Shown here: positions 12,319-24,514 of the stretch, in pieces
How positions within the stretch are numbered: the first letter of the stretch is position 1
Layout of the letters: each line of letters opens with the position of its first letter
DNA from: Octopus sinensis
Taxonomy: Eukaryota
Length of the DNA: 64,000 nucleotides
Reading direction: 5' to 3'
Assembly: GCF_006345805.1 (NCBI RefSeq)
Contig: NC_043001.1
Coordinates: forward strand, 72,416,001-72,480,000
Notes under the pieces: model-generated
Told to the model about the DNA's origin: nothing
The model's database searches: none
What the model saw: only the letters and a program-made list of their open reading frames with translations
Translations under genes and position numbers: made by a program

Positions 12319-12844
12319 CCTGTTAGCTAGGTTTATTACACGGAGTGCTTACCGAGATATTCACTTAAACTTATTCAATCCGTTATCCCTATTTTCCGTC
12401 ATTTTATACTTACATACACTCACGAATACACCTCCCCACACACAAATGGTGCATTTGTGAGGTTTATTTCGTTGCACCTTGCATATTATTCAATAAAATT
12501 GTCCCAGTATGATTAAATTTGCAAGCTCAACTATGTGACGATCACAAGCAACTTCAGACATCATACAAAATCATTTCGTTTTCCACCTGTAACTCCTTCC
12601 TTCATCTTCGTCGTCACCCTCCCTTAAATCATTTTCATCTGACATTGTGAACTCCACCATCAGGTAAGACAAGTAGCAGGAAGATAACAGAGAAAATAAT
12701 GAAGCTGAAGGAAGTGGGTGTTTCTTACGGTGAAGTTTTGTTTCATCATTCACCGTCTTCATCGTTGCCTCTTCTCGTTCCTCTTACAGTGTCTGACGTA
12801 ACTGTCCGTGTCAGCGTCCTCGTGGTTATCATCATCATCATCTT

Positions 12845-12854
12845 ATATATATAT

Positions 12855-12953
<99 letters not shown>

Positions 12954-13009
12954 TATTTTGTAATATAACATTATATAAGTACATACATATATATTATACA
13001 TACATACAT

Positions 13010-13072
<63 letters not shown>

Positions 13073-13239
13073 TTATTACGTAATATAACATACTATATAC
13101 ACATACATAAATACATACATACAATCATACGTATATATATATAATATATAAAGATAGATATATGTACGTATACATGTTTGTATATATATATGTATGTATA
13201 TGTATATAGTATGTATATGTATGTATATATGTATGCGTG

Positions 13240-13271
<32 letters not shown>

Positions 13272-13280
13272 CACATCTAT
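12845..13280. repeat. (TA)n / (TATG)n microsatellite
   Basis: Read directly from the sequence. Confidence 0.95.
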
Positions 13281-14133
13281 TTAAGCATGCGTACACCCAC
13301 ATTCTTTACTTACCTGTTATGTATATTTTTAATTCAATGTTTTTCTAAAACTGGTTTTTTAAGTCTGTAGCGATAAGACGACTATGTGTATCTTCAATAA
13401 CACATACTAATTTTTTTACATTTTAAAACAGAATTACTCGTTTTACTGTCTAATGCTTGACGTATTTGTGTGTGTGTGCGTGCATGCATGTGCGCGCGTG
13501 TGTATAGAAGCATACATACATACATACATACATACATACATACATACTTACATATATGCGTACTATACATGCACACTAAGATATATACTGAGATGATCTC
13601 TTGTGTTTAATGATGCAGATTCAATTGTTAAATCAATCGAATTACCTGCTCTTGAATTAACGTGTTAGTGCCTGAGCATACCATAGACATGTGAACCCTT
13701 AACATAATTCTCAGGCAGAATCACATATCTCTGCCAACTTTATCCAATATTTATAAAATTAATTAAACAACAATTAATCATAATCAATCCTTTCATACTA
13801 AATCAAATAAAAAAATCAATTTAAAAGATAAAAACCAACCTGGTTTTCACCGGTTTGAACTCAGATCATGTAAAATTTTAAAAATCGAACAGATTTACCT
13901 AATAAAGCCTCTACACCTTAAGGTCAATTTTAATCCAACATCAATCCTTTTGAATTATGGGTATTAGCCATGCAACGGGTCTCTATACAGTTTCCATCAA
14001 CCCAGTTTCACTCCCAAGGTCCAAATCAATTCAAAGATGCAGAAAATGGTATTTGGCCAAGATGCTATGCACTGGGAACGAACTTGGGAAATATCTGTTT
14101 GTCTCTCGTCTCTGTCTGTCTGTCTCTCTCTCT

Positions 14134-15621
14134 GGAGCTAGGTCAATTTCGTCGTCGGTAAATTTATCCCCGGTCAATTCGCCGTTGCTCAATTCATCCT
14201 TAGGTCAATTCGTCGCTGGCCAATTCGTTCCAAAATACTCAGTTTAGAACAATCACTTTGGAATTAAAATTGTCGTTGGACAGTTTTATATATTTTTTTC
14301 CTTTCTTTAACTCCCCTCTCTCTCTTTCTGTCCCTCTCTTCCCCGTCTCACACTTAAGTATCTGCGCTGAACTGTTTACGAACAAAGCTTTTCAAGCAAA
14401 TCGAATTAAATTTATTCAATACGCCTACCCATCAACATAACTACCTGCAAAATCATAACTTCAGAGAAAGGAAAAATCAAAGTGGTCGATCAAGAAAATT
14501 ATATATACACAAAAAATAAGCAGAATGCAGATGGATTGAACATATACTGGAGGTCCGAAAATCGTGTGTGCAAGGCGGGACTTTATACTGATGAAAATTA
14601 TAAAGAGCTTAAGAAGATAGGAATCCATAATCACGCTTCAACTGCTGCGGAGGTAAATGCAAGGATAATAGTTTCAAATATTAAAGTAAAGTCTATTTCA
14701 TCTCGTGAAAGCCCCTCGTTCAGTTATCGCTAGTGAAGTTCAGAATTTAAACGACTGTACATTGTAGCAAATACATCCATTTGCACAGCTTAATAAGGAA
14801 TATTAGACGTTGGAGGCAAGCTGATTCCAACTATTCTGCCACACCATTTACAAATGTTAGGTCTTCCATTCCAAGTGATTACTCCTACCTTGACAATGAT
14901 GAAATATTTTTATAGTATGACAGCGGGATGGAAAATTCAAAACGAATCCTAGTATTTGCAAGTGACGAAGCATTTCGACAGTTAAAACAGCACAAGAACT
15001 GGGCGGCAGATGGAACATTTAAGTGCTGCTTTAGTGTATTTTATCAGTTAAGGCGACGAGCTGGCAGAAACGTTAGCATACCGGTCGAAATGTTTAGCGG
15101 TATTTCGTCCGTCTTTACGTTCAAATTCCACCAAGGTCGACTTTGCCTTTCATCTCTTTTGGGGTCGATAAATTAAGTACCAGTTACGTACTGGAGTCGA
15201 TCTATAATCGACTAGCCCCATCATCCAAAATTTAGGGCTTTGTGCCTAGAGTAGAAAAGTATATTTTTCAGTTATATATACTTAACATTCAATTTGATAA
15301 TTTTAAATCCCGCGATTGTTCGCATTGCTCTCTGACAAAAGTCTTCCAACAGTTTATGCGAGGAAAAGAACCAAACCAAAAAAAAAAAAAAAAAAAATAC
15401 AGAGATATGTGCCTGGGTATAAAAAATGACATGGAAAAATATGATCCAAGCCAAAAAATGATTTTCGTAAAAGCAATTGCGCACAATCTTAGATTTTTAG
15501 AAAAAATAATTATGTAATACAGCAAACCTTACAATAAAGGTTTATTTAAAATTCAGATATTCGTTCTTCCATTTTTCCTATGATCTCGACGAATTGACTG
15601 ACACCGAATTGACCGGACACC
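14134..15621 (+). mobile_element. Decayed Mutator-like (MULE) DNA transposon with FLYWCH-like and DDE regions
   Basis: KIITSEKGK...YIYTKNK...YWRSENRVCKA...HNH (FLYWCH-like) and ILVFASDE...WAADGTFKCC..FYQL (DGTF at 15009-15020). GGTCAATTCG subterminal repeats at 14141-14230 and inverted at 15587-15614. Interrupted by a SINE. Confidence 0.8.
15052..15259 (+). mobile_element. tRNA-derived SINE family A inserted in the MULE transposase
   Basis: A-box-like TGGCAGAAACGTT, B-box-like GTTCAAATTCC, core gcctttcatc..gggtcgataaattaagtacc. Imperfect target-site duplication tattt(a/t)tcagtta. Confidence 0.88.
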
Positions 15622-15658
15622 ATATATATATATATAATATATATATATATATAATATA

Positions 15659-15696
<38 letters not shown>

Positions 15697-15731
15697 TATA
15701 TATATTATATATATATATATATATATGTATA

Positions 15732-18100
15732 TATACTTCTTCAATGTTCTCAGCATCTATTTCAGAAGTAGACAAAGATTGAAATGTGTTATAGACCTCA
15801 ATAGTAAATTGTTTGGACATATCGGGGTTAGATAAGACTTCCCCCCAGTCGATCGTTTTCATCGGGTGAGGCTTAGCTTTTTTGGATGAGCGAAGACTAA
15901 GCTTAACGGTAGCTGATACAATTCTGTGGTCAGGGCCGACAGAACTAAAGGAAGAGTAGGATCTCGAGTTTTTAACACTATTGCACCACTTCTTTCGAAA
16001 GATGAGGTAGTCAATTTGACCTTTTGGTTTCATAAAAGAATTGTTGGAGGTGTAGAGATTAAATTCCTCCAAGAAGTCTTTGAGCATTTCTCCGTTCCGA
16101 TTAGTTTTAGAGTTGAAAGTAAAGAGTTGAAGAAGTATACAGCAGCCTCATCAAATCAACAGAGGAAGTTGCACTGGCTACTCTTCCCGAAAAGAAGAGT
16201 AGGGGCCAGAAACCATCTAAAGCCTATATCACTAGCTTACCACCGTTCTCCATCCCAGTCACTGAAGATCCAACTCATAGCTGCCAAGAAGAATCTTGAT
16301 GAGGCTTACTTGAACGCCGAGGTCGACTTTATCAATGGCAAAATTAGTAAACTATCCAAAGAACATATTAGTAAAAAATACCATCTCGCCTGGAAATCCA
16401 TCAAAGACCTATCAGGCAAAAATTCTGGGTCATCAATTAGAATTAAAGGGGGATCAGCTAAGAAGCGTTTAGAAAATTGGTCAACCCATTTTAAAAACCT
16501 CCTTGGGAAGAATGCCAAAACCCCTGATAACCCCACTCTTCCAAGTGTGCCTATATCAGACACGCTGGACATCAACACCTCCCCTTTTACCATATTTGAA
16601 CTAACAGCAGCCACCAAGCAACTAAAAGCCTCGAAAGCATTTGGTCCCGACAACATCCCAGCTATAATTTGGAAGGATGATAGATTTCACACAATTTTGC
16701 TCAACCTCTGCAACCACACACTTTCCACCTTTGTCGCTCCAAAGATTTGGTACCAATCTCAAATCATCCCAATACCCCAAAAAGGCGATTTATCCCTCGT
16801 CACCAACTACAGGGGTATATCTCTAATATCAATTGCTGCAAAACTGTACAACAAACTGATCCTAAATCGTCTTGTCCTTTTTGTTGAACCTTTGCTCCAA
16901 AAGAACCAAAATGGATTCAGACATGGGCGCTCAACGCTGAGCCAGATACTATGCCTACGCAGACTTATTGAAGAATCAAAAGCATTTAATCGCGATCTTG
17001 CAATGGTATTTGTAGACTTTTCTAAAGCGTTCGATTCTGTAGATAGGTACAAGATGTTTGAAATCCTTAAGCTCTATGAGATACCAGACAAAATCATTTC
17101 TGCCATCAAGGTCCTCTACACACATACGTCTTCAACCATCTTAACCCCTGACGGAGAAACATCATCTTTCTCAATCAAAGCCGGAATACTGCAGGGAGAC
17201 ACACTCGCCCCATTTCTTTTCATCATTGTTGTTGATTATGTGCTACGTATGTCAGTTGATACCATCTCTGGCAAGGGCTTTGAAATAAAACCAAGAAGAA
17301 GTTCCAGACACCCAGCTGAGTACTTGACAGACACTGACTTTGCTGACGACATCGCTCTTATCAGTGATTCTCTCTCCAATGCCCAGTCTCTTTTACAATC
17401 TCTTGAACAAGCCTCAAATTGTGTAGGTCTTTACCTCAATGAGGCCAAAACTGAATACATAAACAAGTGCCTGTCCAACAGTGATTGCATCATCCATACT
17501 CTCAACAATGCGCCCTTAAATATGGTTTCTGATTACAAATATCTTGGATCATACATATCATCATCTGGAAAAGACTTTCTAACTAGAAAGGGTATGGCCT
17601 GGTCAGCCTGTAATGACATGCATAAGATCTGGTCATCAAATCTAAGTAGAGACTTCAAACTTGAAATCTTCAAAGCCACAGTCGAACCAATTCTACTATA
17701 TGGCTCAGAAACCTGGACGTTATCAAAGAAGCTTGAGAGGCGGTTGGATGGAACCTACACTCGCCTCCTTATGAGAGCTCAAAATCTCTCGTGGAAGCGC
17801 CATCCAACCAAAATGCAAATATATGGGAAACTACCACCTGTGTCATCTCTTGTGAAAGGTAGGAGAGCCCAGTTTGCTGGACATTGTTGTAGAGCTGAAA
17901 AAGAAGTAATTTCTACTCTTCTCCTCTGGAAGCCATCTACTCGCAATACTAGAGGGCGCACACTCTCCTACCCTGATGTAATCTCCAGGGATACAGGCAT
18001 CCAGCAACAGGACCTCCGTAATGCCATGATGGACCATGAAGTCTGGCGTAGCATGGTAAATTCCATTGTCTCGACCACGGTCGAACAATGATGATGATGA
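15732..18100 (+). mobile_element. Young RTE-like LINE with an inverted 5' segment (15732-16123 minus; 16127-18100 plus)
   Basis: The minus part encodes the APE C-terminal half (FTFNSKTNRNGEMLKDFLEEFNL...QIDYL...DHRIV...IEEVY). The plus part continues EEVYSSLIK... into RT. (TGA)n tail at 18089-18100. (TA)n on both sides. Confidence 0.92.
16205..18091 (+). CDS. LINE ORF, uninterrupted reverse transcriptase and C-terminal region
   Basis: Open frame with KAFGPD, NYRGISL, QNGFR, DFSKAFDSV, GILQGDTLAP, DFADD, YLGSYI and LLYGSETW. The first ~90 codons of the tracked ORF (15926 onward) are antisense or off-frame. Confidence 0.9.
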   Translation, partial: ARNHLKPISLAYHRSPSQSLKIQLIAAKKNLDEAYLNAEVDFINGKISKLSKEHISKKYHLAWKSIKDLSGKNSGSSIRIKGGSAKKRLENWSTHFKNLLGKNAKTPDNPTLPSVPISDTLDINTSPFTIFELTAATKQLKASKAFGPDNIPAIIWKDDRFHTILLNLCNHTLSTFVAPKIWYQSQIIPIPQKGDLSLVTNYRGISLISIAAKLYNKLILNRLVLFVEPLLQKNQNGFRHGRSTLSQILCLRRLIEESKAFNRDLAMVFVDFSKAFDSVDRYKMFEILKLYEIPDKIISAIKVLYTHTSSTILTPDGETSSFSIKAGILQGDTLAPFLFIIVVDYVLRMSVDTISGKGFEIKPRRSSRHPAEYLTDTDFADDIALISDSLSNAQSLLQSLEQASNCVGLYLNEAKTEYINKCLSNSDCIIHTLNNAPLNMVSDYKYLGSYISSSGKDFLTRKGMAWSACNDMHKIWSSNLSRDFKLEIFKATVEPILLYGSETWTLSKKLERRLDGTYTRLLMRAQNLSWKRHPTKMQIYGKLPPVSSLVKGRRAQFAGHCCRAEKEVISTLLLWKPSTRNTRGRTLSYPDVISRDTGIQQQDLRNAMMDHEVWRSMVNSIVSTTVEQ

Positions 18101-18105
18101 TATAT

Positions 18106-18137
<32 letters not shown>

Positions 18138-18386
18138 CAGAGAGAGAGAGAGACAGAGAGAGAGAGAAAGGGGTCAAGAGAGGTAATGGTGTCAATAAGA
18201 CCCAAAGGTGTCAAGTAATGCTGAGTAAGTGCTATGGACAGACTATAGTTAAGCTCCAGGTTCGGTGATTATGCGAATGAGGAGTCCAACGTAGGTCATA
18301 TATCAACATGTGTATATATAAAAAAATTTTCATAATGAGATAAAAATCCAAGGTGTGAAAGATTTTAGAACATTTATAAATAGAAG

Positions 18387-18434
18387 GTCTTACAGCTGTT
18401 TCAGGGATATTTTATATATTCCTTCATCGGAGAC
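18387..18434 (-). ncRNA. Minimal type I hammerhead motif with CCGAUGA core variant
   Basis: GUCU-CCGAUGA-AGGAAUAU-AUAAA-AUAUCCCU-GAAA-CAGCUG-UA|AGAC. Stem III is the palindrome ACAGCUGU, stem I is 4 bp, stem II has one mismatch. Confidence 0.7.
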
Positions 18435-18669
18435 GGTATGAGAAAATGGTTAAGCAATAGTTATTTTAGATAAGATATGAAATAGAGAGTGAAGTGGAGG
18501 AATGAAAAGAGACGTGAGATATGCAGGGATATTGTATTTGTAGATCCATTATTTAGGCAGAATGGTATACATTAAGATTCCAGTACGTTGTGAGTAAGTT
18601 CCAATAGTATTTAAAATTGGTCATTCGATCATATCTAAAATAACTATTGCTTAACCATTTTCTCACACC

Positions 18670-18717
18670 GTCTCCGATGAAAGGATATATGAAATAGCCC
18701 GGAAATAGCTGTAAGAC
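18670..18717 (+). ncRNA. More decayed copy of the same hammerhead in the right arm
   Basis: GUCU-CCGAUGA-aaggauauaugaaauagcccg-GAAA-UAGCUG-UA|AGAC. Stems II and III carry mismatches. Confidence 0.55.
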
Positions 18718-18777
18718 CTCTTTATAAATGTTCTAAAATCTTGCAAAGCCTTGGATTTTTATCTCATTCTGAACATT

Positions 18778-18841
<64 letters not shown>

Positions 18842-18967
18842 TACACACACACACACACACACATACATATATATGTGTATGTATGTATGAGTGCATATGC
18901 ATTTATAAATGTGTGTGTGTGTGTGTGTACCCACACGCATATATACATACAGACACACACACATATA

Positions 18968-20266
18968 CAGGGTGCGGTGAATAGATTGTCGTCTTAATTA
19001 CGCAAAAGTGAAAATAGCACTGACATTTCATTTTAATAGATATATTTACCAAAATCACATAAAAATATCTTGAAATACTAAAGAGTAAATTTATTCAATA
19101 AAATCACCATTGGTTTCAACAGCCTCCAGACAACTTTGGAATCTCCTGCAACTCTTCTGGACGGCCTCCTTGTTTAGGTTGGTGAATGCTGCCATAATCC
19201 TTGCCTTCAGTTCATCTTTGGTATTACAAGGAGTTTTTTTGGTCTCTTTCTCAACTGCGCCCTACACATAATAATTAAAGGGTTTGTACTCTGGGGAGTT
19301 AGGTGGCCAGATGTTAGGAGTGATGTGGTCTCAGAAATTGTCTGACAGCCATGACTGGGTTCTCCTGTTTATGTGGTACGGTGCAGAGTCCTGTTGCTAG
19401 ACATAGGGTCTTCCAACAGCCACCATCTTCTCTCAGGGCAGAACTACCTCCTTCAGGCACTTGATGTAGGTCTCCATACTGAGTCTGAGGCCGTGTGGGA
19501 AGATGAATGGGGGCATAACATCGCCATTACTAGTGTTCACTCCAAACACCATGATGTTGACTGGATGTTTGATTTTTATCACTCTAGGTACATGTTTTGG
19601 GGACACGGCAAGCCAACGGTTGTTTTGTGTTCACCATCTGATCCTAGCAGAAAAATTTCTCATCTGAGAAAAAACAAAGCATGTTCGGTTGGAGGGGATG
19701 CTTGAGTTTGTTCAAAAGTTTCGTAGTGCGGTCTTTCCTCTTGTCCTTAAATACTTGGGGATTAAAATTGACCCTTTCTCATCTTGAATGAGGAATACCG
19801 AATGTCTTCATGCACTACCTACCTGATAAGAAACTCAGACACACCCATGCTCCTGGCTATGGATCTGATTGAAGTGGAGGGATCGTGTCAATCATGGCCT
19901 GGATCTCACCAACAAATTCAAGAGTTCTTTTCTTATCAGAACTATCAGAGTGAGTTTTCCGAGGTGCCATACCTTCGTAATCACCATCAGACTCATCCAA
20001 CTATTTCCAAACCCTCTTTACTGTCCTCAGATTGACACTCAAACACTCTGAAATGTTCGTATTGGAGCTTCCGACACGAATGCCAGGCAGTACAGCATAT
20101 CGTTTCCAAATTTCTGGCAGAGATAATTGCGTCAAGGTGTTGAATTTCTTACAGACGGTGCCCAACTCACCCTACTATATTGTGTGTTAGACAAAATCAA
20201 AAACAAACAATGCGCATGCGCGAAATTAAAAATATAAAATGGTGATAATTTACCCATCTCACCCTG
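18968..20266 (-). mobile_element. Full-length decayed Tc1/mariner-superfamily transposon (maT/DD37D-like by motif appearance)
   Basis: TA-CAGGGTG...CACCCTG-TA ends. Minus-strand motifs CFFSDEK, VMMFGV, QQDSAPYH and IWPPNSPEYKPFNYYV. Confidence 0.85.
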
Positions 20267-20599
20267 TATGTATGTAGATACATACACACAGATTTGTACT
20301 CGCACATGTACCTATACACATACATTTACATGTACACACACACACACATATATAAACACATGTACACAGATATACATATAGTTACATACATAATTACATT
20401 CATGTATAAATATATGCATACACACACATATAATATCTAAGATTAACAGTAAAGAAGATATCTGTATAAAAGAGGAAAAAAAAAGAAAAGAAAAGGAATA
20501 AAAGGAAAAATTTGAGCAAATAATTATAATCTGAGAAGAATAGTAAATGATGAGGTAAAAGTATCGCAGTTCTGAATAATGATGGTTTATCATTGACTT

Positions 20600-20810
20600 C
20601 AAATTTTAGCACAAGGCCAGCAATTTAGGGGGAGGCTGTGAGTAGATTACATTGACCTCAGTACTCAACTTTTATTTTATCGACCCCCGCCCCAAAAGGA
20701 TGAAAGGTAAAGTTAACCTCGGTGGAATTTGAACTCAGAACATAGAGACGGACGAAATGTCGGTAAGCATTTTGTCCGGCGCGGAAACGATTCTGCGAGC
20801 TCGCCGCCTT
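20600..20810 (-). mobile_element. SINE family A
   Basis: Reverse complement of the family A head and core. Confidence 0.85.
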
Positions 20811-21214
20811 ATGATTGTTTAATATTGATAATATATATTATCTGACTATGAATATATCTATCATAGTAAGTTGTTCACCTTATTGATGACGAATTCTGTA
20901 AGTATTTTGTTATCAATAAGAATATTGGTGTTGCCATTTAGAGTTATGTCTGTTGTGGTGATATTTAAAGTAATAACCCAATAATTAACTGCAGAAGCCA
21001 AATTGCCTCTGAGAAATCTTACTAGAATTGCTTAGGATCAAAACGGTATCACGTTCAAATTATAGTTACCATTGGTATACATACTTGTATGAAGAGCTTT
21101 CATAAACTAAGTATCTTAATGTGGAATGGCTGTCCTTTTCTTTTGTCAAAATTGTGTATCTCAAGCACTGAGAGTTTGAGCATGCTTAGGTACCTATTCA
21201 CAGTTTATAAGAAA

Positions 21215-21791
21215 CTAGCAGTATAACCCGGCCTTGCCCGGGATTAAGTTACGATTGTTAAGCTAATCAAGTTCTTTATTTCAAACCAGACTAAGTAATA
21301 TCGACTCTCAACAAAACACTCATCGTAAAATAAAAACAAAACTCTTTCGCACCCAAAGTAATTGTCTTACCCTTTTTTTTGTTAGACGCCGTGAAACTCT
21401 CTTCCACTTTTCTTTATCTTATTTTTTTGTTAGACGCCGTCAAAAAGCTATGGCTGAAAATAAATTTTTATGAACGTCGTCACTTACTCTCTCCCTCTCT
21501 CACTTTGTCTTTCCCGTGAAACTCTCTTCTCCTCTTCCACTTTTCTTTACCTTATTTTTGTTAAACGCCGTCAAAAGGCTATGACTGATATTTTTTATGG
21601 CTAAAAGCTATGGCTAAAAATAGAATTTTACCGCTATTAGCGGGTGTCTCGGGAAAAAATAAGTTGACAAAACCCCAGATATGGTGTTGACGAACGTCCT
21701 CCTAAAATTTGAGCGACATGCGTGCTAATTTGTGGATGTACATAAACTACAATCACGTACACACACACATCTTGCTTTATATATATACAGA
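21215..21791 (-). mobile_element. Non-autonomous Helitron, unit 1
   Basis: Minus strand begins TCTGTATATATATAAAG and ends CCCGG-gcaagg-CCGGG hairpin, 8 nt, CTAG, followed by T. Internal ~100-bp repeats. Confidence 0.8.
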
Positions 21792-21905
21792 CTAGTAGTA
21801 TAACCCGGCCTTGCCCGGGATTAAGCTACGATTATTAAGCTAATCAAGTTCTTTATTTCAAACCAAACTAAGTAATATAGACGTCAAATTTGGGCGAAAT
21901 CCGTT
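21792..21905 (-). mobile_element. Helitron 3' end, unit 2, joined head-to-tail to unit 1
   Basis: Same hairpin + CTAG end and ~85 bp shared with unit 1. The junction reads CTAG|TC on the minus strand. Confidence 0.75.
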
Positions 21906-21955
21906 GAAATTAGTTATATTATATATATATATTTATGTATTTTTTACTTTTACAC

Positions 21956-22026
<71 letters not shown>

Positions 22027-22607
22027 ATACATATTATATATATGTAATGTAATATAAATATATATGGGCAACAGACACGAACACACATACACACACGTAC
22101 GTACGTACACCTATTGCATGTTTTGTGCACGCATACATGTTCATAAACAGAAACGAATGGAAAAAATGTTAAATTTGTAGATTAACACTCGCACAATTTT
22201 CACCAAGAAAAAAAATCGTTTTTTTTTGCATGGAAACAACTACTCTGGCCTCAAAACCCTTTTTGTGGTCCGTGAAACGGAGTGGGGTGCGGTGGAAGCC
22301 TCGCAAATTGTACCCATTTATATTGTGTAATTCACTGACAAATTGTTACTCACCTCTTTGTTTCTTTGTTGTTAAATAAATGGATTGTCAACAAAACACT
22401 TTTTTACTCGGCGTAAAATAAAAGCAAAACTTTTTCGCACCCAAAGTAATGTGTGAGGGGGTGGGGAAGATGAACGATTTAAAATAAGTAAATGATTTAA
22501 AATAAATATATTGTAATTGTTGTGTGAGAAAGTATATATACTATGATTATAAAATATAGTGTGCCTTTCAAAAACAAAAAGCAAAACATTTTACATTATA
22601 TTTTTTA

Positions 22608-24039
22608 CTAGCAGCATATCCCGACGTTGTCCGGGTATGTAAGAAACTTTGTCGATAAGCAATGCCCTTTACCTTTTTACCCTTTTTGGTACTCATTGAA
22701 GCGTTATTTTGTAAAATGAAGCCTAAAAGGCATTAAGGCATTCAAGGCACCGTTCCCTTGCATGCATGAAGAAAATCTATGACAGTCAAAGTGCATTTTC
22801 TGGTTTTGTTTAGCACACCCAACCCAGTTCTGCAGGATCAGTGTCGCAACGGGAACGCATGGGTTGGGAGTTTGACAGGCAGAGGTTGCACATGCCGGCC
22901 CTTGTGTTTGCGGCGTCAGCAGCTTGGCGAGCTCTCTTCTGTTGAGGTGTTTCGACAGATCGTGTCCTGGTGGTACTAGCGGCGTTAGCCGCATTCCGAA
23001 TGGCCCTTTGTTCGGGGTTCTCGCGAGCTCTGCGGATGGAAGCACAGGAAGAAGCCCGCATGTTTTGGCTGGACTGTTGCTCTTTCGTCAACCTCGAGCA
23101 GAGAGAAGATCTGTACGCTGCGGCCCTTGCAAGTCGGGTAGAACGGTTGCTAGTAGTTTCAGATGCTTGAGCAGCGGCAGAACGGGAAGCGGTTTCCTCG
23201 TGGGTCTCGCGTGCCCTTCTAGCCCTAGCAGCAAATATCGACTAAATCGCCTGAAATCCGCCAACTATTTAACAAAAGTCAGTTTTGTAGGGTTCGCATG
23301 GTCGGTCTCAAAGTGATATAGTTTTGTCGATTTCTCCCAATACTTGTTAACTGCATTGACAAAAGGTCGTTAGTTTGACATTTAATGCAAACTTGATGTC
23401 CAACATCGGTGTAGGGAAAATCTATGTGAACTTTCAAAAAATATCGCAGAAAAATCGGTTTGCTATGTGTGCCACATATGATCTAATTAACCGATTTTTT
23501 CCAGTAATAACGTATCCTATTGGAATCAAAAGGGCCATATAGCTCCTTGGAGCAGACATGATGCGCGCTGTGAATTAAAAAAAAAAATTCCTGCCAATTT
23601 GTTAAAGATATTGTCGAAAATATGTCATCTTGAATTTGAACGCGATTTCCCAAAATGGCATGATTTTATCTATTTTTTCTGATGGTAAGGTATTGCATGG
23701 AAAACTAACGTCAGAATTAAGTTCCTTAGGGTAACATTAAGCTTCACCATGAGTTTGGTAAAAAGCGATTGCAAGTTGCGAAAACTACAACGGAAAATGT
23801 GTTGCAGATGATAAGCTTAGATTCTCGACCCCATGTCGAATTAATCGATTTTTTCAGAACTGGAGGAACTTTTCAAAATTTTCGCTGCGTTAGTTTTGAC
23901 TTATGACATTGGGCTATGTGTGTGTCAAGTTTCATCAGAATCGGTTGAAAGCTGTGGTCAGAGTGAGGGTACAACCTGACAGACACACAGACAGACAGAC
24001 AGACACACAGAAAGACAAACTGCCTTTTATATATATAGA
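22608..24039 (-). mobile_element. Internally deleted Helitron retaining RepHel N-terminal repeat coding sequence
   Basis: 5' TCTATATATATAAAAG, 3' CCCGGA-caacg-TCGGG hairpin + CTAG-T. Minus ORF RARENPEQRAIRNAANAA...ETPQQKRARQAADAA resembles the R/A/E-rich repeats at RepHel N-termini. Confidence 0.75.
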
Positions 24040-24044
24040 GATGA

Positions 24045-24510
24045 ATGTAGTCACGTACTCTCTCTCCCTCTCTCACTTTGTCTTTCCCGTGAAACTCTCT
24101 ACCTCCTTCTTCCACTTTTCTTTATCTTATTTTTTTTAGTTAGACGCCGTCAAAAAAGCAATGGCTCTCTCTCTCCCTCTCTCACTTTGTCTTTCTTGTG
24201 AAACTCTCTGCCTCCTTCTTCCACTTTTTTTATCTTATTTTTTTTTGTTAGACGCCATCAAAAAGCAATGGCTGATATTTGTTATGGTTAAAAGCTATGG
24301 TTGAAAATGTTTGAAAATAGATTTTTACCTTATCCGCGGGTGCCTTGGGAAAAAAATAAGTTGACAAAACACAGATAGGATGTTGACGAATGTCCTCCTA
24401 AAATTTGAGCGACATGCGTGCTAATTTGTGGACGTGCATAAATTACAATCACGTACACATACACACGCACACACACACACGCACACATATCCTCCCTTTT
24501 ATAGATATGA
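24045..24510 (-). mobile_element. Helitron 5' portion, unit 4
   Basis: Shares the internal ~100-bp repeats and the aaattttgagcgacatgcgtgctaatttgtgga block with unit 1. TC-like 5' end at ~24510. Confidence 0.7.
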
Positions 24511-24514
24511 TAAA

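Larger units (their letters stand above)
18334..18768. repeat. Fold-back element: ~138-bp inverted arms (18334-18472 / 18632-18768), each with a hammerhead motif
   Basis: The arms are reverse complements with scattered mismatches, separated by a 159-bp spacer. Confidence 0.88.

Noticed and set aside
12571-12840. Exon-like segment with AG|GTAAGA and a pyrimidine tract
   Set aside because: No coherent reading frame or partner exons.
15052-15130. tRNA genes at A-box/B-box motifs
   Set aside because: All such motifs are SINE heads. No cloverleaf could be folded.
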